Origin: Nannocystales bacterium
Lineage (GTDB): Bacteria > Myxococcota_A > Polyangia > Nannocystales > Nannocystaceae
DNA: 64,000 nucleotides
Reading direction: 5' to 3'
Assembly: GCA_050633305.1 (NCBI GenBank)
Contig: JBOEGF010000043.1
Span: forward strand, 160,001-224,000
Part shown: piece after piece, positions 52,048-62,600 of the stretch
Layout: each line of letters opens with the position of its first letter
How positions within the stretch are numbered: position 1 is the stretch's first letter
The notes under the pieces: model-generated
What the model saw: only the letters and a program-made list of their open reading frames with translations
Database searches by the model: none
What the model was told of the DNA's origin: nothing
Made by a program: the position numbers and the translations under genes

Positions 52048-52757
52048 TGCGCCTGCTCGCTGCGTTGTTGTCCTCCAGCTTGCTTGCCGCGTCCGGACCG
52101 GCGCCGTCCGACCGAGCCGTGGAAGGTCCAAGTGCGGTCGCATGGCCCGAGGGGACATCCGAACCGGACCTCGCACCTCAATCCGAGCCGGAGGCTCCGT
52201 CGCAGCCCGAAGTCGCGCCGGCCCAGCCCCCTCCGCCGCAAGCTGCTCGTCCAGACAACCGTACCGTTCGAGTGGCGGTCGGTCTCGACCCTTCGGCGCC
52301 CGGGACGAAGTCAGAGCGGGCGCTCGTCTCGACGCTGGCGGACGGCGTTCGTGGCTCGGAGGGCATCGGTGTCGACTCCCGCCGACTCCGTGTCGGCGCT
52401 CCCTCGGCGCGAGAGGTGTGTCGCGACGGCCGTGATGACCTGGTGATTCTCGTGGGCTATGTCGGCCAACGGCCCGAGCCGGTTCTGCTGCCCTACGACT
52501 GCGTACTGGACATGGTGCTGTCGGTCCGGGGCGCCGCGGCGGCGGACGAAGCGGGCCTGGTGGCGGCGCTGTGGACTGAACACGACGCGCTGGTGCGGGA
52601 CGGGGTCCAGGAGCGCCGCCGTGGGCGCCGTCTGGGGCCGAAAGCACGGGCCGGCATCGTCGCGGGCGTGGTGGTGGTCGTGATCGGGGCTGCCGTCGGA
52701 CTTCTTGTCGCCAACGCCTTGCGCGAGGAGAAGGTCGTGCTCAAGGTGGGTCCATGA
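52047..52757 (+). CDS. Hypothetical exported protein with C-terminal TM anchor
   Basis: Signal-like N-terminus, Pro-rich linker, C-terminal GIVAGVVVVVIGAAVGLLV; TGATG overlap. Confidence 0.6.
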   Translation: MRLLAALLSSSLLAASGPAPSDRAVEGPSAVAWPEGTSEPDLAPQSEPEAPSQPEVAPAQPPPPQAARPDNRTVRVAVGLDPSAPGTKSERALVSTLADGVRGSEGIGVDSRRLRVGAPSAREVCRDGRDDLVILVGYVGQRPEPVLLPYDCVLDMVLSVRGAAAADEAGLVAALWTEHDALVRDGVQERRRGRRLGPKARAGIVAGVVVVVIGAAVGLLVANALREEKVVLKVGP

Positions 52758-53827
52758 CCGTGCCCGACACTGCGATGGGGACTGCGACGAAGACTGCGCC
52801 CAACCGAGGTCTCGCGGGAGTTCTGTGGCGCTGGGCAAGCACGTTGGTCGTGCTCTTCGCCCTATTGGGGCTGTGGGGCACCCCCCAGTCGGCCAGGGCT
52901 GATGTCGGTGAGCCCGCCGGTTGGACCACGTCGCTCGCCAATCATCGCATCGTCGTCGGCCGGGCGGTTCTGCACTACGAGCCCAACCTCGAGGACGAAG
53001 CGCGCGGCCTCGCCCACGAGATCCCGCAATGGTGGAGCGAGGTCGAGCAGCGGCTCGCCATCGATCTGGACGACACCCTGGACATCTACTTCATGGACCA
53101 CGCTGGCCAGGTGGCGGAGGCGTCCGGGATGCCGCGCTGGGTCGCCGGGGTTGCCCACTCGGAGTCCGGCGAGATCATGATCGCCCGGCACGGGCCAGAT
53201 GGGTCGCCCACCAATCTGGAGCAGCTGCTCAAGCACGAGATGGCCCACGTGGCTTTGCATCGTGCGACCGGTGGTGCCGACGTCCCCCGCTGGTTCCACG
53301 AAGGGGTCGCCGAAGCGACGGAAGGCGGCATCAGTTTGGGCCGGTCCCAGTCGCTCGCGGGCCTCATCTTTGGCGCCGGCGTTCCGGACTTCGATGCTCT
53401 GGAGAAGCGGTTCTACGGCGACCCCCAGGAGGTCGCCGGTGCCTACGCCGCGTCGCGGGATTTCGTGAACTTCCTCCAGGAGTATCGCCGTGCGGACCAG
53501 CAGGGCGACGACGTCGACAACCTGCGGCAGCTGCTCACCGAGATGAAGGCGGGCCACACCTTCGAGGCCTCGTTCATTCGAACCTACAAGCTGGGCCTTG
53601 CGGAGTTGGGAATCAAGTGGCGCCAAGGCCTGCCGGGGCGGTTCGTCTGGTACCCGCTGCTGGCCGGTGGGACGCTTCCGTTCACGCTCGTCTTCCCCCT
53701 GGTCATTCTCGCCTGGTTCCGTCGTCGTCGTCATTACCGTGCTGGCATCGCTCGGCTCGGTGCTGAGGAAGACGCGATTCGCGAGCGGCTCGGCAGCGAC
53801 TTCACGACCGCCGACGGCTCGTGGTAG
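52754..53827 (+). CDS. Peptidase MA-family metalloprotein, membrane anchored
   Basis: HEMAH..PRWFHEGVAE, AYAAS, N- and C-terminal hydrophobic segments. Confidence 0.8.
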   Translation: MTVPDTAMGTATKTAPNRGLAGVLWRWASTLVVLFALLGLWGTPQSARADVGEPAGWTTSLANHRIVVGRAVLHYEPNLEDEARGLAHEIPQWWSEVEQRLAIDLDDTLDIYFMDHAGQVAEASGMPRWVAGVAHSESGEIMIARHGPDGSPTNLEQLLKHEMAHVALHRATGGADVPRWFHEGVAEATEGGISLGRSQSLAGLIFGAGVPDFDALEKRFYGDPQEVAGAYAASRDFVNFLQEYRRADQQGDDVDNLRQLLTEMKAGHTFEASFIRTYKLGLAELGIKWRQGLPGRFVWYPLLAGGTLPFTLVFPLVILAWFRRRRHYRAGIARLGAEEDAIRERLGSDFTTADGSW

Positions 53828-53836
53828 GCCTGCACG

Positions 53837-54418
53837 ATGCAGCGCGTCGAGTCGGGCACCCTTGGGGGACGCCATTTGCTTCGGCTTCCCAATGGGGTTC
53901 CGGGGCTTCGGCCGACCTCCGCTCGCGTACGTGGCGCGGTGTTCGACCGTCTACGGGCTGATGTTCCGGGGTCTCGGGTGCTCGACCTGTTCGCCGGGTC
54001 CGGTGCCATGAGCATTGAGGCGATCTCGCGGGGCGCCGAACGGGCCACCGTGGTCGAGCTCAGCGGCAAGGTGGCTCGGCACCTCCAGGCCCAGGCGGAA
54101 GCCCTGGGCGTCGCGAAGCAGATCCGCGTCGTCAAAGCCGATGCTGTGAAGTTTCTTCAGCACGGTGCGCAACCGTACGACTTGGTGATCATCGATCCAC
54201 CGTTCGCCAAGCCCGAAGTCGTGGATGCCATCGCGGAAGCGCTGCCGCAAGGGTGGCTGGCGCCCGGTGCGATCGTCGTCTGTGAGCTCGAGCTCGTTCG
54301 GGGTAAAAGTCGGGACGTGGCGTGGCCGCCGACGCTCGAGCTCGAGGCCACCAAGCGATACGGCCAAGCGGAGGTTGAGTTCTTCCGCTTCCATCCCGAA
54401 CCCATCTCAAGCCCATGA
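53837..54418 (+). CDS. rsmD: 16S rRNA m2G966 methyltransferase
   Basis: LRPTSARVR, LDLFAGSGA..EAISRGA, IDPPF, RYG. Confidence 0.92.
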   Translation: MQRVESGTLGGRHLLRLPNGVPGLRPTSARVRGAVFDRLRADVPGSRVLDLFAGSGAMSIEAISRGAERATVVELSGKVARHLQAQAEALGVAKQIRVVKADAVKFLQHGAQPYDLVIIDPPFAKPEVVDAIAEALPQGWLAPGAIVVCELELVRGKSRDVAWPPTLELEATKRYGQAEVEFFRFHPEPISSP

Positions 54419-55629
54419 CGTCTGACTTCGCCATCTCCAAACGCGCTGCTGCAATCAAGCCTTCCGCCACCCTCGCCGTATCGGCCAAGGCGGCGGAGCT
54501 GAGGGCTGCGGGGCGTGAAGTGCTGAGCTTCGCGGCGGGTGAACCCGACTTCAAGCCGCCCAAGGCCGTCCGAGACGCGGTTTCACAGGCGTCGTTGTCG
54601 GAGCCGATCCGCTATGCGCCCGTTCCTGGGACGCCCGCGTTGCGGGACGCGGTCGCGGCGGAGCTGGGTGCGTTCCACAAACGGGAGTTCGCCCGCAACG
54701 AAATCCTCGTCTCCTGCGGCGCGAAACACAGCCTGGCCAATCTGTTCTTGGCGTCGCTCGACCCCGGTGACGCGGTCGTCGTCGGCGCCCCGTACTGGGT
54801 CAGTTACCCCGATATGGTGGGGCTCGCCGGCGGTGTGCCCATCACGGTCAGCACGACGCGTGCGGCGGGGTGGAAGTTGACGCCCGAAGCGCTGGAGCCC
54901 GTCCTGGGGCCCAAGACCCGCTTCGTCATCCTCAATAGCCCTTCGAACCCGACGGGTGCTGGCTACAGCCGGGACGAGTTGCGGGCGTTGGGGGAGGTGA
55001 TCGCCAACAAGGCGCCTGCCGCTTGGATCGTCACCGACGACATCTACCGCAACCTCGTCTACGACGGGTTCGAGGCCACCAGCGCCTTTGTGGCGATGGC
55101 GGGGATCACCGACCGGATCGTCGCAATCGACGGCGTGTCGAAGACCTACGCGATGACCGGTCACCGCGTGGGCTACATGGCGGGACCAACCGAGCTGATC
55201 TCGGCGGCGGCCCGGATCCAGTCGCAGACCACCTCGGGCGCGGCGACCCTTTCCCAACGTGCCGCACTGACCGCGCTGACCGATCCCTCGGTGCCGGCTG
55301 AGGTTGAGGCGATGCGGACCGCGTTTGCGCGCCGACGTTCGCTCATCCTGGAGGGCCTCGCGCAGGCTTCGGGGGTGGAGGTTCAGCGCCCCGATGGCGC
55401 GTTCTACGTGTTTGCCGACGTGTCGCGGCATGTCGGTGCAGGGGCCAAACACGCGACAGACGTGGACCTGGCGACGTGGTTGCTCGAAGAAAGCCTCGTC
55501 GCAACGGTGCCCGGCACCCCATTTGGGGCCCCAGGCCACTTGCGGATGAGCTACGCCACCGACGACGCGAGTCTCGAAGAGGGCTGCCGGCGAATCGCGA
55601 AGGCTCTCGGGACACTGCCGACGGCCTGA
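54415..55629 (+). CDS. Class I PLP-dependent (aspartate) aminotransferase
   Basis: GEPDF, PYWVSY, NSPSNPTG, DDIY, SKTYAMTGHRVG, GAFY, RMSYA. Confidence 0.93.
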   Translation: MTSDFAISKRAAAIKPSATLAVSAKAAELRAAGREVLSFAAGEPDFKPPKAVRDAVSQASLSEPIRYAPVPGTPALRDAVAAELGAFHKREFARNEILVSCGAKHSLANLFLASLDPGDAVVVGAPYWVSYPDMVGLAGGVPITVSTTRAAGWKLTPEALEPVLGPKTRFVILNSPSNPTGAGYSRDELRALGEVIANKAPAAWIVTDDIYRNLVYDGFEATSAFVAMAGITDRIVAIDGVSKTYAMTGHRVGYMAGPTELISAAARIQSQTTSGAATLSQRAALTALTDPSVPAEVEAMRTAFARRRSLILEGLAQASGVEVQRPDGAFYVFADVSRHVGAGAKHATDVDLATWLLEESLVATVPGTPFGAPGHLRMSYATDDASLEEGCRRIAKALGTLPTA

Positions 55630-55671
55630 GCTGACCCTCAAGCTTCGGGAGCCGGGGGTCGATGCCCGGGT

Positions 55672-56604
55672 GTGGCCCGCGTCCTGCTCTGCGTGACTCC
55701 GAAGTACGTCGACGTGCTCGCTCGGAGAGTTTGGGCTGAGTTCGGGTGTGCCCCGGTCGAGACCGTGACGGACGTGTTTGACGCGGTTGACGCGTTTGGA
55801 CCCGCGGAGCCGACCCATGTCGTGATCGACGGCGAACTCGATGCTCGCGGGGGTGTACGGATCGCCTCGGCCCTGGCGAGTCGCCGGGAGGTCCCCACGG
55901 TCTTGGTCGTGGACCCCGAGCTTCGCGAAGAGGTCGGCCAGTTGCTGAAACAGCGGCAGCTGGACCACGTTCGCGTGGTGTGCTGGGAGGACGACACCGT
56001 TCGCTGCCTGTTTGAGCGGGAGTCGACGGCCGGGAAGGTGCTCAGACCCGATGTCTCCGTACTGGCTGAGCAGCCGTATGACGCGGTGATGCTGTTCGGC
56101 TCCGCTGGGACGCCACACATGCTTCCAACGTTGGTGCCCAAGCTACGTCGCACAGTCGTGCCGCTCGTCGTCGCGGTGCATCACAACCCGCGGCTGTCCG
56201 AGTCGTTCGCCGAGTGGATCGGGGAGTTGGCAAACATGCATCCGCGAGGGCTCCGCGAGGGGTCGAGTTTGGGGTCGCTCACGGTTGTACGCGCACAGAG
56301 TGGAGTTGACGCCCTGCAGCCCCACCTCGGCGCGGTGCTGGCAGCCGTGCATGCACGCGGTGCCCGCCTGCTGATCATCGTCGCATCGGGGATGCAGTTC
56401 GAAGGCGTGGAAGCGCTCCAACTCGCCGTCCGCGATGGTGCCGGACTCGCCGCGCTGAAGCCTGAATCCTGCCCGCAGCCCGCGATGGTTCACCGGCTCT
56501 TGGATGCGGGGCTCGACCCAGTGCTGTGCACCCAGGAAGAGATCGCCCAACTCATCCGCCGAGCGACAGGAGCCGGTCGGTCGGCGTTCCGCCACGCAGG
56601 CTGA
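55672..56604 (+). CDS. Degenerate CheB-like protein (receiver-like + methylesterase-like)
   Basis: FGSAGT, VAVHHNP, SGMQFEG, PESCPQPAM align by eye to CheB GASTGG, QHM, TGMGxDG, EASCVVFGMP. Confidence 0.55.
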   Translation: MARVLLCVTPKYVDVLARRVWAEFGCAPVETVTDVFDAVDAFGPAEPTHVVIDGELDARGGVRIASALASRREVPTVLVVDPELREEVGQLLKQRQLDHVRVVCWEDDTVRCLFERESTAGKVLRPDVSVLAEQPYDAVMLFGSAGTPHMLPTLVPKLRRTVVPLVVAVHHNPRLSESFAEWIGELANMHPRGLREGSSLGSLTVVRAQSGVDALQPHLGAVLAAVHARGARLLIIVASGMQFEGVEALQLAVRDGAGLAALKPESCPQPAMVHRLLDAGLDPVLCTQEEIAQLIRRATGAGRSAFRHAG

Positions 56605-56625
56605 GCCGTCTGCTAGGTTCCGGGG

Positions 56626-56847
56626 GTGCAGCGGAAATGCCCCACTTGCGGCTCGTCCTTCGAGTTCGACCCCGCCTCCAAGTGGCGGCCGTTCTGCACC
56701 CGGCGCTGCAAGCTGGTGGACCTCGGCAACTGGATGGACGGCGTGTACCGGATCTCCAGACCCTTGGGCATGGAAGACCTCGAGGACGATGAGACGCTCC
56801 TCAGCCAGCTGACGGCTGACGCCGCCGCGGAACGAGAACCACAGTAG
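56626..56847 (+). CDS. yacG: DNA gyrase inhibitor YacG
   Basis: CPTCG..WRPFCTRRCKLVDLGNW..YRI. Confidence 0.92.
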   Translation: MQRKCPTCGSSFEFDPASKWRPFCTRRCKLVDLGNWMDGVYRISRPLGMEDLEDDETLLSQLTADAAAEREPQ

Positions 56848-56925
56848 CGCGGTCGTTCTCCCGCATCGCTGGCGCAGGGCCAGCGTGCACGGGCCCGGGA
56901 TGGGACCAGGGGCGGCGAGCGGCGC

Positions 56926-58641
56926 CTACTTCCGCCGGTTCTTCTTCCGAGCGGCTTTCTGCTTCTTTCGGCTGGCCTTGGAGGTGGACTTGCCGCCGCC
57001 GCCGGGTGCGGGGGGCATGAGCCCTGCCATGCCACCGGGGGGCATGCCGGGGATACCGGGCATGCCGGGCATACCCCCGCCGCCCATCATCTGCTGCATC
57101 ATCTCGGGGTTCTTCGCCATCTTTCGCATGGCGCCCATCTGCTTGAGCTGCTTCATGCCGGGGATCTTCGACATCAGCCCGCCGCCGCCGCCGCCCATCA
57201 TGTCGCCCAGCATTCCGAACATGTCCCTCATGGCCAGGAAACGACCGACGAGCGCGCGGACATCTTCTTCCTCGCGGCCCGAGCCACTGGCGACACGGTT
57301 CACGCGGCTGTCGATGAAGGCATCTGCGGGGAGCTCGGCCATCTTGCTCGGGTCGCGGCGCTTGGGTTTCTTCTTGCCCTGAAGCTTGGCCGCTGCGCTG
57401 CTCCCCAGCGCGCCGTCTTCGAGGAAGAGGTCCGGGTTGGCTCGCTCTTTGCGAGTCATCGATTGGATCATCGCCTCGATCTTGGTCAGCTCGTTGTCGT
57501 CCATCGCCTGGTCGAGCTGTTCTTGAGGGATGTCACCGCCGAGCAAGTTGCCCAGGGGCATCTTGCCCATGAGGTCCTTGAGGCTGCCCATCTTCTGGAT
57601 GGACTTAATCTGGCCCAGGAAGTCATCCATGGTGAACTTCCCGCCGAGCATCTTCTCGGCGTCTTGGGCGGCCTGCTCTTCGTCGACAACGCCCTGAAAG
57701 TCCTGCATGAGGCCGACGAGGTCGCCCATGCCCAAGATGCGTCCCGCGAGGCCTTCGGGGCGGAACTCCTCGAGCTTCTCGAGGGTCTCGCCCATGCCGA
57801 GGAACTTGATCGGCTTGCCCGTGGCCGCCTTGATCGACAGCGCCGAACCGCCTCGAGCATCACCGTCGAGTTTGGTCAGGACGACGCCGCTGATGTCGAG
57901 GCGCTCGTCGAAGGACTTGGCGGTGTTGACCGCGTCCTGGCCGATCATCGCGTCGATGACCAGGAAGATGTTGGCTGGGTTGACGCCTGACTTGATGTTG
58001 TCGAGCTCGGCCATCAACGAGTCGTCGATGGTCAGGCGGCCTGCGGTGTCGAAGAGGACGTAGTCGAACGCGCCGGCTGCCGCCTCGGCGTTGGCTTCAC
58101 GGGCGATGTCGACCGGGTTCGCGCCCTCTTTGGAGAACACCGGGACGCCGATCTGCTCGCCGATCACCTCGAGCTGCTTGACGGCAGCTGGGCGGTACAC
58201 GTCGCATGCGACGAGCAGCACTTTCTTGCCGTCCTTCTGGAGCTTCCGCGCCAGCTTTCCCGTGCTCGTCGTCTTACCCGAGCCTTGAAGACCGACCATC
58301 ATGATGCCGGTCACGCCCTTGGACGCCTCGGCGATGCTGGTGTCGACGGGCCCCATGAGGGCGGCCAGTTCGTCGTGGCAGATTCGGACGAAGTGGTCCT
58401 CGGCGCGGACCCGCATCGTCTCACCGGCCTTGTTCTTGGCGACCAGCTTGACCTGCTCGCCCATGGCCTTCTCCTTGACGTTGCGCAGGAAGGTTTTGAC
58501 AACGCGGAACTCGACGTCGGCCTCGAGGAGGCTCATCCGCACGTCCTTGAGCGCGTCGTCGATGACGTCTTCGCTGAGCTCGCCTTTTCCGGTGATGCGC
58601 TCTTTCGCCGACCGGAAGCCCTTGGAGATAGTCTCGAACAT
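56926..58641 (-). CDS. ffh: Signal recognition particle protein
   Basis: LLEADV, GLQGSGKTT, DVYRPAA, DTAGR, TKLDGDARGG, Met-rich M domain. Confidence 0.97.
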   Translation of the reverse strand: MFETISKGFRSAKERITGKGELSEDVIDDALKDVRMSLLEADVEFRVVKTFLRNVKEKAMGEQVKLVAKNKAGETMRVRAEDHFVRICHDELAALMGPVDTSIAEASKGVTGIMMVGLQGSGKTTSTGKLARKLQKDGKKVLLVACDVYRPAAVKQLEVIGEQIGVPVFSKEGANPVDIAREANAEAAAGAFDYVLFDTAGRLTIDDSLMAELDNIKSGVNPANIFLVIDAMIGQDAVNTAKSFDERLDISGVVLTKLDGDARGGSALSIKAATGKPIKFLGMGETLEKLEEFRPEGLAGRILGMGDLVGLMQDFQGVVDEEQAAQDAEKMLGGKFTMDDFLGQIKSIQKMGSLKDLMGKMPLGNLLGGDIPQEQLDQAMDDNELTKIEAMIQSMTRKERANPDLFLEDGALGSSAAAKLQGKKKPKRRDPSKMAELPADAFIDSRVNRVASGSGREEEDVRALVGRFLAMRDMFGMLGDMMGGGGGGLMSKIPGMKQLKQMGAMRKMAKNPEMMQQMMGGGGMPGMPGIPGMPPGGMAGLMPPAPGGGGKSTSKASRKKQKAARKKNRRK

Positions 58642-58763
58642 GGGCCTAGCTACATAGCATGACGCTGCCGCTTCGTTGACGCGGCAGCGCCGCTCACGCA
58701 AAAAGAATCCCATCCGGTGTGGCCAGGGGTTGACGCTTCCCAACGGCATCGCGACAAGGGGAT

Positions 58764-59672
58764 ATGGAGGGGAGCACGCGGGTCGTCGGAGCGCTTGGGC
58801 TGGGTGTCCTCGCCGTCGCGAGCGCTGCGACCGTCATTCTCCTCGCTGCGCCGCTGCCCCCCCTGCATATCGCCGGAGGCCGGGTCACGGTGACCGCGCT
58901 CGTGTTTGTGTTGCTCGGACGCGGCGAGCTACGGAGCTTGCTCGAGGCGATTCGGGACAGGCCCGCGCTCGGCTGGCGTACGCTCGCAGCGGGTACGCTG
59001 TTGGCCGTGCACTTCGGGGCTTGGATCGCCTCGCTCGGGTTGACCACGGTGCTGCGCTCGATGGCACTCGTTGCCCTGCAGCCGGTCTTCGCCGGTCTGC
59101 TCGGGCGGCTGTTGGGCGACCGGGTGTCGCCGTGGCTTTACGTGGGCGCCGCGGTCTCCTTCGCCGGATGCGTGGTTCTCGTCGGCGGTTCCGCGGCATT
59201 GGAGGGCGGCACGCTTGGCGGCGACGCCCTCGCCCTCCTCGGTGGCGCCTCGGCGGCGGCGTACCTCGCCTTTGGCCGCAGCGTTCGCTCGTCGGTTCCG
59301 CTGCCCGCCTACCTGGGCGGGGTGCATGCCGTCGCGGCGTTGCTGCTGTTGCCCACGGCGTGGGTTCTCCAGCCGATCGGAGACGGGGTGCCGGCTGGGT
59401 CGTGGCTCGCCGTCTTGTACCTCGGCCTGGTGCCGGGCGTGATCGGGCATGGGCTGTTCAACTGGGTGGTCCGTCGGGTCCCCGTGGACCGCGTGGCACT
59501 CGCGATTCTACTGGAGCCTGCGGCGGCCACACTTCTCGCCTGGGCCGTGCTCAACCGCATGGTCACGGGCCTCGAGGTGCTCGGCGCGACGATCGTGTTG
59601 CTGGGGGTCGGCGTTGGATCGCTTGGGGCGCGCCGCGGTCGATCCGAGCCGACTCCCGCGAGCGAGCTGTAG
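58764..59672 (+). CDS. DMT/EamA-family transporter
   Basis: LAVHFGAWIASL, QPVF, GDALALLG, GHGLFNW, LLEP; ~10 TM. Confidence 0.88.
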   Translation: MEGSTRVVGALGLGVLAVASAATVILLAAPLPPLHIAGGRVTVTALVFVLLGRGELRSLLEAIRDRPALGWRTLAAGTLLAVHFGAWIASLGLTTVLRSMALVALQPVFAGLLGRLLGDRVSPWLYVGAAVSFAGCVVLVGGSAALEGGTLGGDALALLGGASAAAYLAFGRSVRSSVPLPAYLGGVHAVAALLLLPTAWVLQPIGDGVPAGSWLAVLYLGLVPGVIGHGLFNWVVRRVPVDRVALAILLEPAAATLLAWAVLNRMVTGLEVLGATIVLLGVGVGSLGARRGRSEPTPASEL

Positions 59673-59693
59673 CGGCTCAGCACACAGCTGATC

Positions 59694-62600
59694 TCACCCC
59701 GGAGAGGGGCGCGCGTTGACCCGGGTTCGCAGTCGAGTTTGACCGTGCCGTTGCCACCACTCGAGCCATGCTTGGTAGGCCACCTCGCGGGAGCTTCGGT
59801 CGCCCAGCGGCGAGAAGGGGACCCGGTGACCCGTGACTCGAACCAGCTCGTCGTGCGCCCATCGACGCACGGGGAGGTCGCGATGGCGGAGACTCTCGAT
59901 GATCCACTCGACACGGTGATGGACGCCCTGGTCTTGGTGCCAGGACTTCCAGCGGTGTGGCTTGAGGCCGTGCTGCTGGCCCGTGATCGAGCACAACGAC
60001 TCGAGTGCTGCCTCTTGAATGAAGCGATCACGGTTCGACAGCAGCCCGATGAGCTTCGGAATCGCTTGGACGTCCCGAAGGGTTCCAACCGCCCGGGCGG
60101 CGTAGAGCTGGTGGGTCCGGTGGGAACTGTCGAGCTCACGCCGCACGACGAAGGTCGCCTCTTCGAACCCGTCGTAGCGGCTGTAGGTCTCCAGGACCCG
60201 CATCGCGATCACGCGAACGTCCGTGCTCCCGTCGAACGCGAGGTGCGACAGGGCCTCCATCGCCCGCGGGTCACGGAGTTCCTGAAACAAGAACGCCGCG
60301 TAGAACCGAACGTCGGGATCGGTGTTCTCGAACTGCTCGAGCACGTACGGGACGAACTCGGGGCCCAGCCGGATCGCAGCCCGAACCAGGGGGCCGTGGG
60401 CGGAGGGGGCGGGGAGGGCCCGCAAGTCGCGACGCAAGACCTCCAGGGGCCCCGGAAGTCGTGTTGCAAGCGCTTGGAGACCGGCGGGTCCAAGCGCTCG
60501 CAGGTCTTCGAGGTTCCCCTCCTCGCGCGACAGCGTGCGCAGGACGTCTTCGATGGCGCGGTCGCCCTCAGGCGGTGTCGGGAGCCCGGTCTCGTCATCG
60601 AAGTCGTCGTCGTCGATCACGATGCGTCCGCGGACGGTTGGCTGATCGATGGGCGAGGAGAGCGGGATGATGCCGCCGTCGTCGGCCTCCTCGAGCACAG
60701 GAGGCACGAAGCGAGGGGCGGCAGGCTGCGCCGCCTGCTCTGGCATCGGGGGCAGGAAGTGCGGTGCGGGTGAGCCGTCGACCTGCGTCGTGCGGTGCAT
60801 CGATGTCGCCGGCTCGTCGGGGAGCTCGGGGACCGCGGCGTCTGGGGGAGACCAGCCCGGCGGTTCGGTGACGCCGTACGCCGGGGGAGGCGTGAGCGGG
60901 TCCTTCGCGGGAGGCTGCGTGTCGTCGAGCGAGTGCAGCGCTCGAATGGTGTCGGTGTCCGCTTCCGTTTGTGGCTGAGAAGTCGGCGGTTCGGCGGCCT
61001 GCTGTGGCAGAGATTCGTCGCCGTCTTCCTCGGCTTCGGGTTCCAGGTCGGGTTCGGGGATCAGGTCGGCATCGAGGTCGGGCTCGGGGTCTGTGCCTGT
61101 GTCCGTGTTGGGGTCGGCTGCCTGGAGCTCGGGTGCCGCGGTTCGGACCGGCGGGGGCGCGAACAAAAGCGGGGTCGGGGTCGCTGGTGGGGGCGTCTCG
61201 GGTTCTGCCTCGGGTGCGGCCGCGCTGCTCGGTGGATGCCGGACGGGAGGGACGGCGGGGTTCGGACCGCTGCGCTGTTGAAGGACGATCGTCTCCAGCG
61301 TAGATGCGGTCGCTTTGCAGAGCTCGTCGAGCAGGTTCGCCTCGGCCGGGAGAAACTCCCGACCCTCATGGTCGACATACAGTGCGAGGACCGGTCGTCC
61401 GGCGACGTCCACCCGGTGCAAGGTGCACGGGATCTCCGCGCTGCCGATCGCATCCGCCAGTGCGCCGGAGCCGGTCGTCCCCACCCACCGGTGATGTTGG
61501 AGTAGCTCAGAGGACCCGTCCTCGAGCGGGACATCCGTGCCACGCACACCTGCGAGTGCAGGGTGGGGGGTGGTTAGTCCCCGCAGTGAACTCCCTCGGA
61601 GTCGGAACACAGCGACGCGGTCGGACAGCACGAGCGCGCCGGAGACGAGCGCGTCGACGGCTTCGTCCCGGGTGACCGCTTCTGCAAGCTTGCTCCGTGC
61701 GGCATCGATCCCGCGTCGGGCCTGTGCGGAGTTGAAGACCCGGTGGAGCGGATCGCTGGTCGCGATCATCGTTCCGCGCGCCGTGAAGCGGACCGGCGGT
61801 GCCTTGGTCTGTACGGGTGGGGCGGGGACCGAGTCCGTGCGGGGCGGTCCAAACGAGGGAGGGCGCGTGATCTTGTCGCGTGAGCCCCGTGGAGGCGTGT
61901 CCCCTGCGACGTCGGGGGGATCCGGCTCGAGACCCGCTGCTGGCTCGGCTGTGTCCGGGCCGGGATCCGCTTGAACCTCGGCCACCGGCGTTGTGGGTTC
62001 TGGCGCGATCGGCTCGACGTCCGGCGGTCTCGGCGCTTCGTCGGAGTCCGACTCTGTTTCGGAGTCTGGTGCCCCGATGGGCGAGACGGACTCGGAGTCC
62101 GACGCCGTCGATTCTTCGCCGGAGTCCGGGGTCGTGCCGGCTTCGGTCTCGGTGTAGGGCCGCGTCACGCGGTCGGGGTCGGGACTGTGGTCGAGCGGGT
62201 CGGCGGGCGGTTCGGCAGGCGGGGCCAGGACCGGTTTGCCGACCGCGGTGTCCTCGGTCGGGCCTGCCTCGACCGGTACGATCGGGAACCCCACGTCGGA
62301 GACCGAGGGCCGCAAGCGAAGCGCGGACATGAACGCGGCAAACAGGACGGCGTATCGTTGCGGAACGACCGAGCCGACGCGCTCCGCGTTGACCTTCTCC
62401 AGGCCGCACTCGGGTGTGACCAGCGGCAGCACCCGAGGCACGGCCCGGTACAGTTCTCCGAGTCGTTCATTGGGCAGGTCGGGGTGGACGGCGACCAAGA
62501 CGCTACCGTCCTCCGAGACGCCCAGCGGGACCGCCCACCCGATGTCTTGGAGCGAAGCTGGGACGACATCCCACGGGCGCGGCTGGTCCTCGAGCAGTTC

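Noticed and set aside
53837..55629. coaD absent between rsmD and the aminotransferase
   Set aside because: Genes overlap cleanly with no remnant; simple relocation is likely and cannot be tested here
58663..58689. 9-bp hairpin upstream of ffh as a leader RNA or SRP RNA
   Set aside because: No SRP domain IV motif and no U-tract; a single GC-rich hairpin is insufficient evidence
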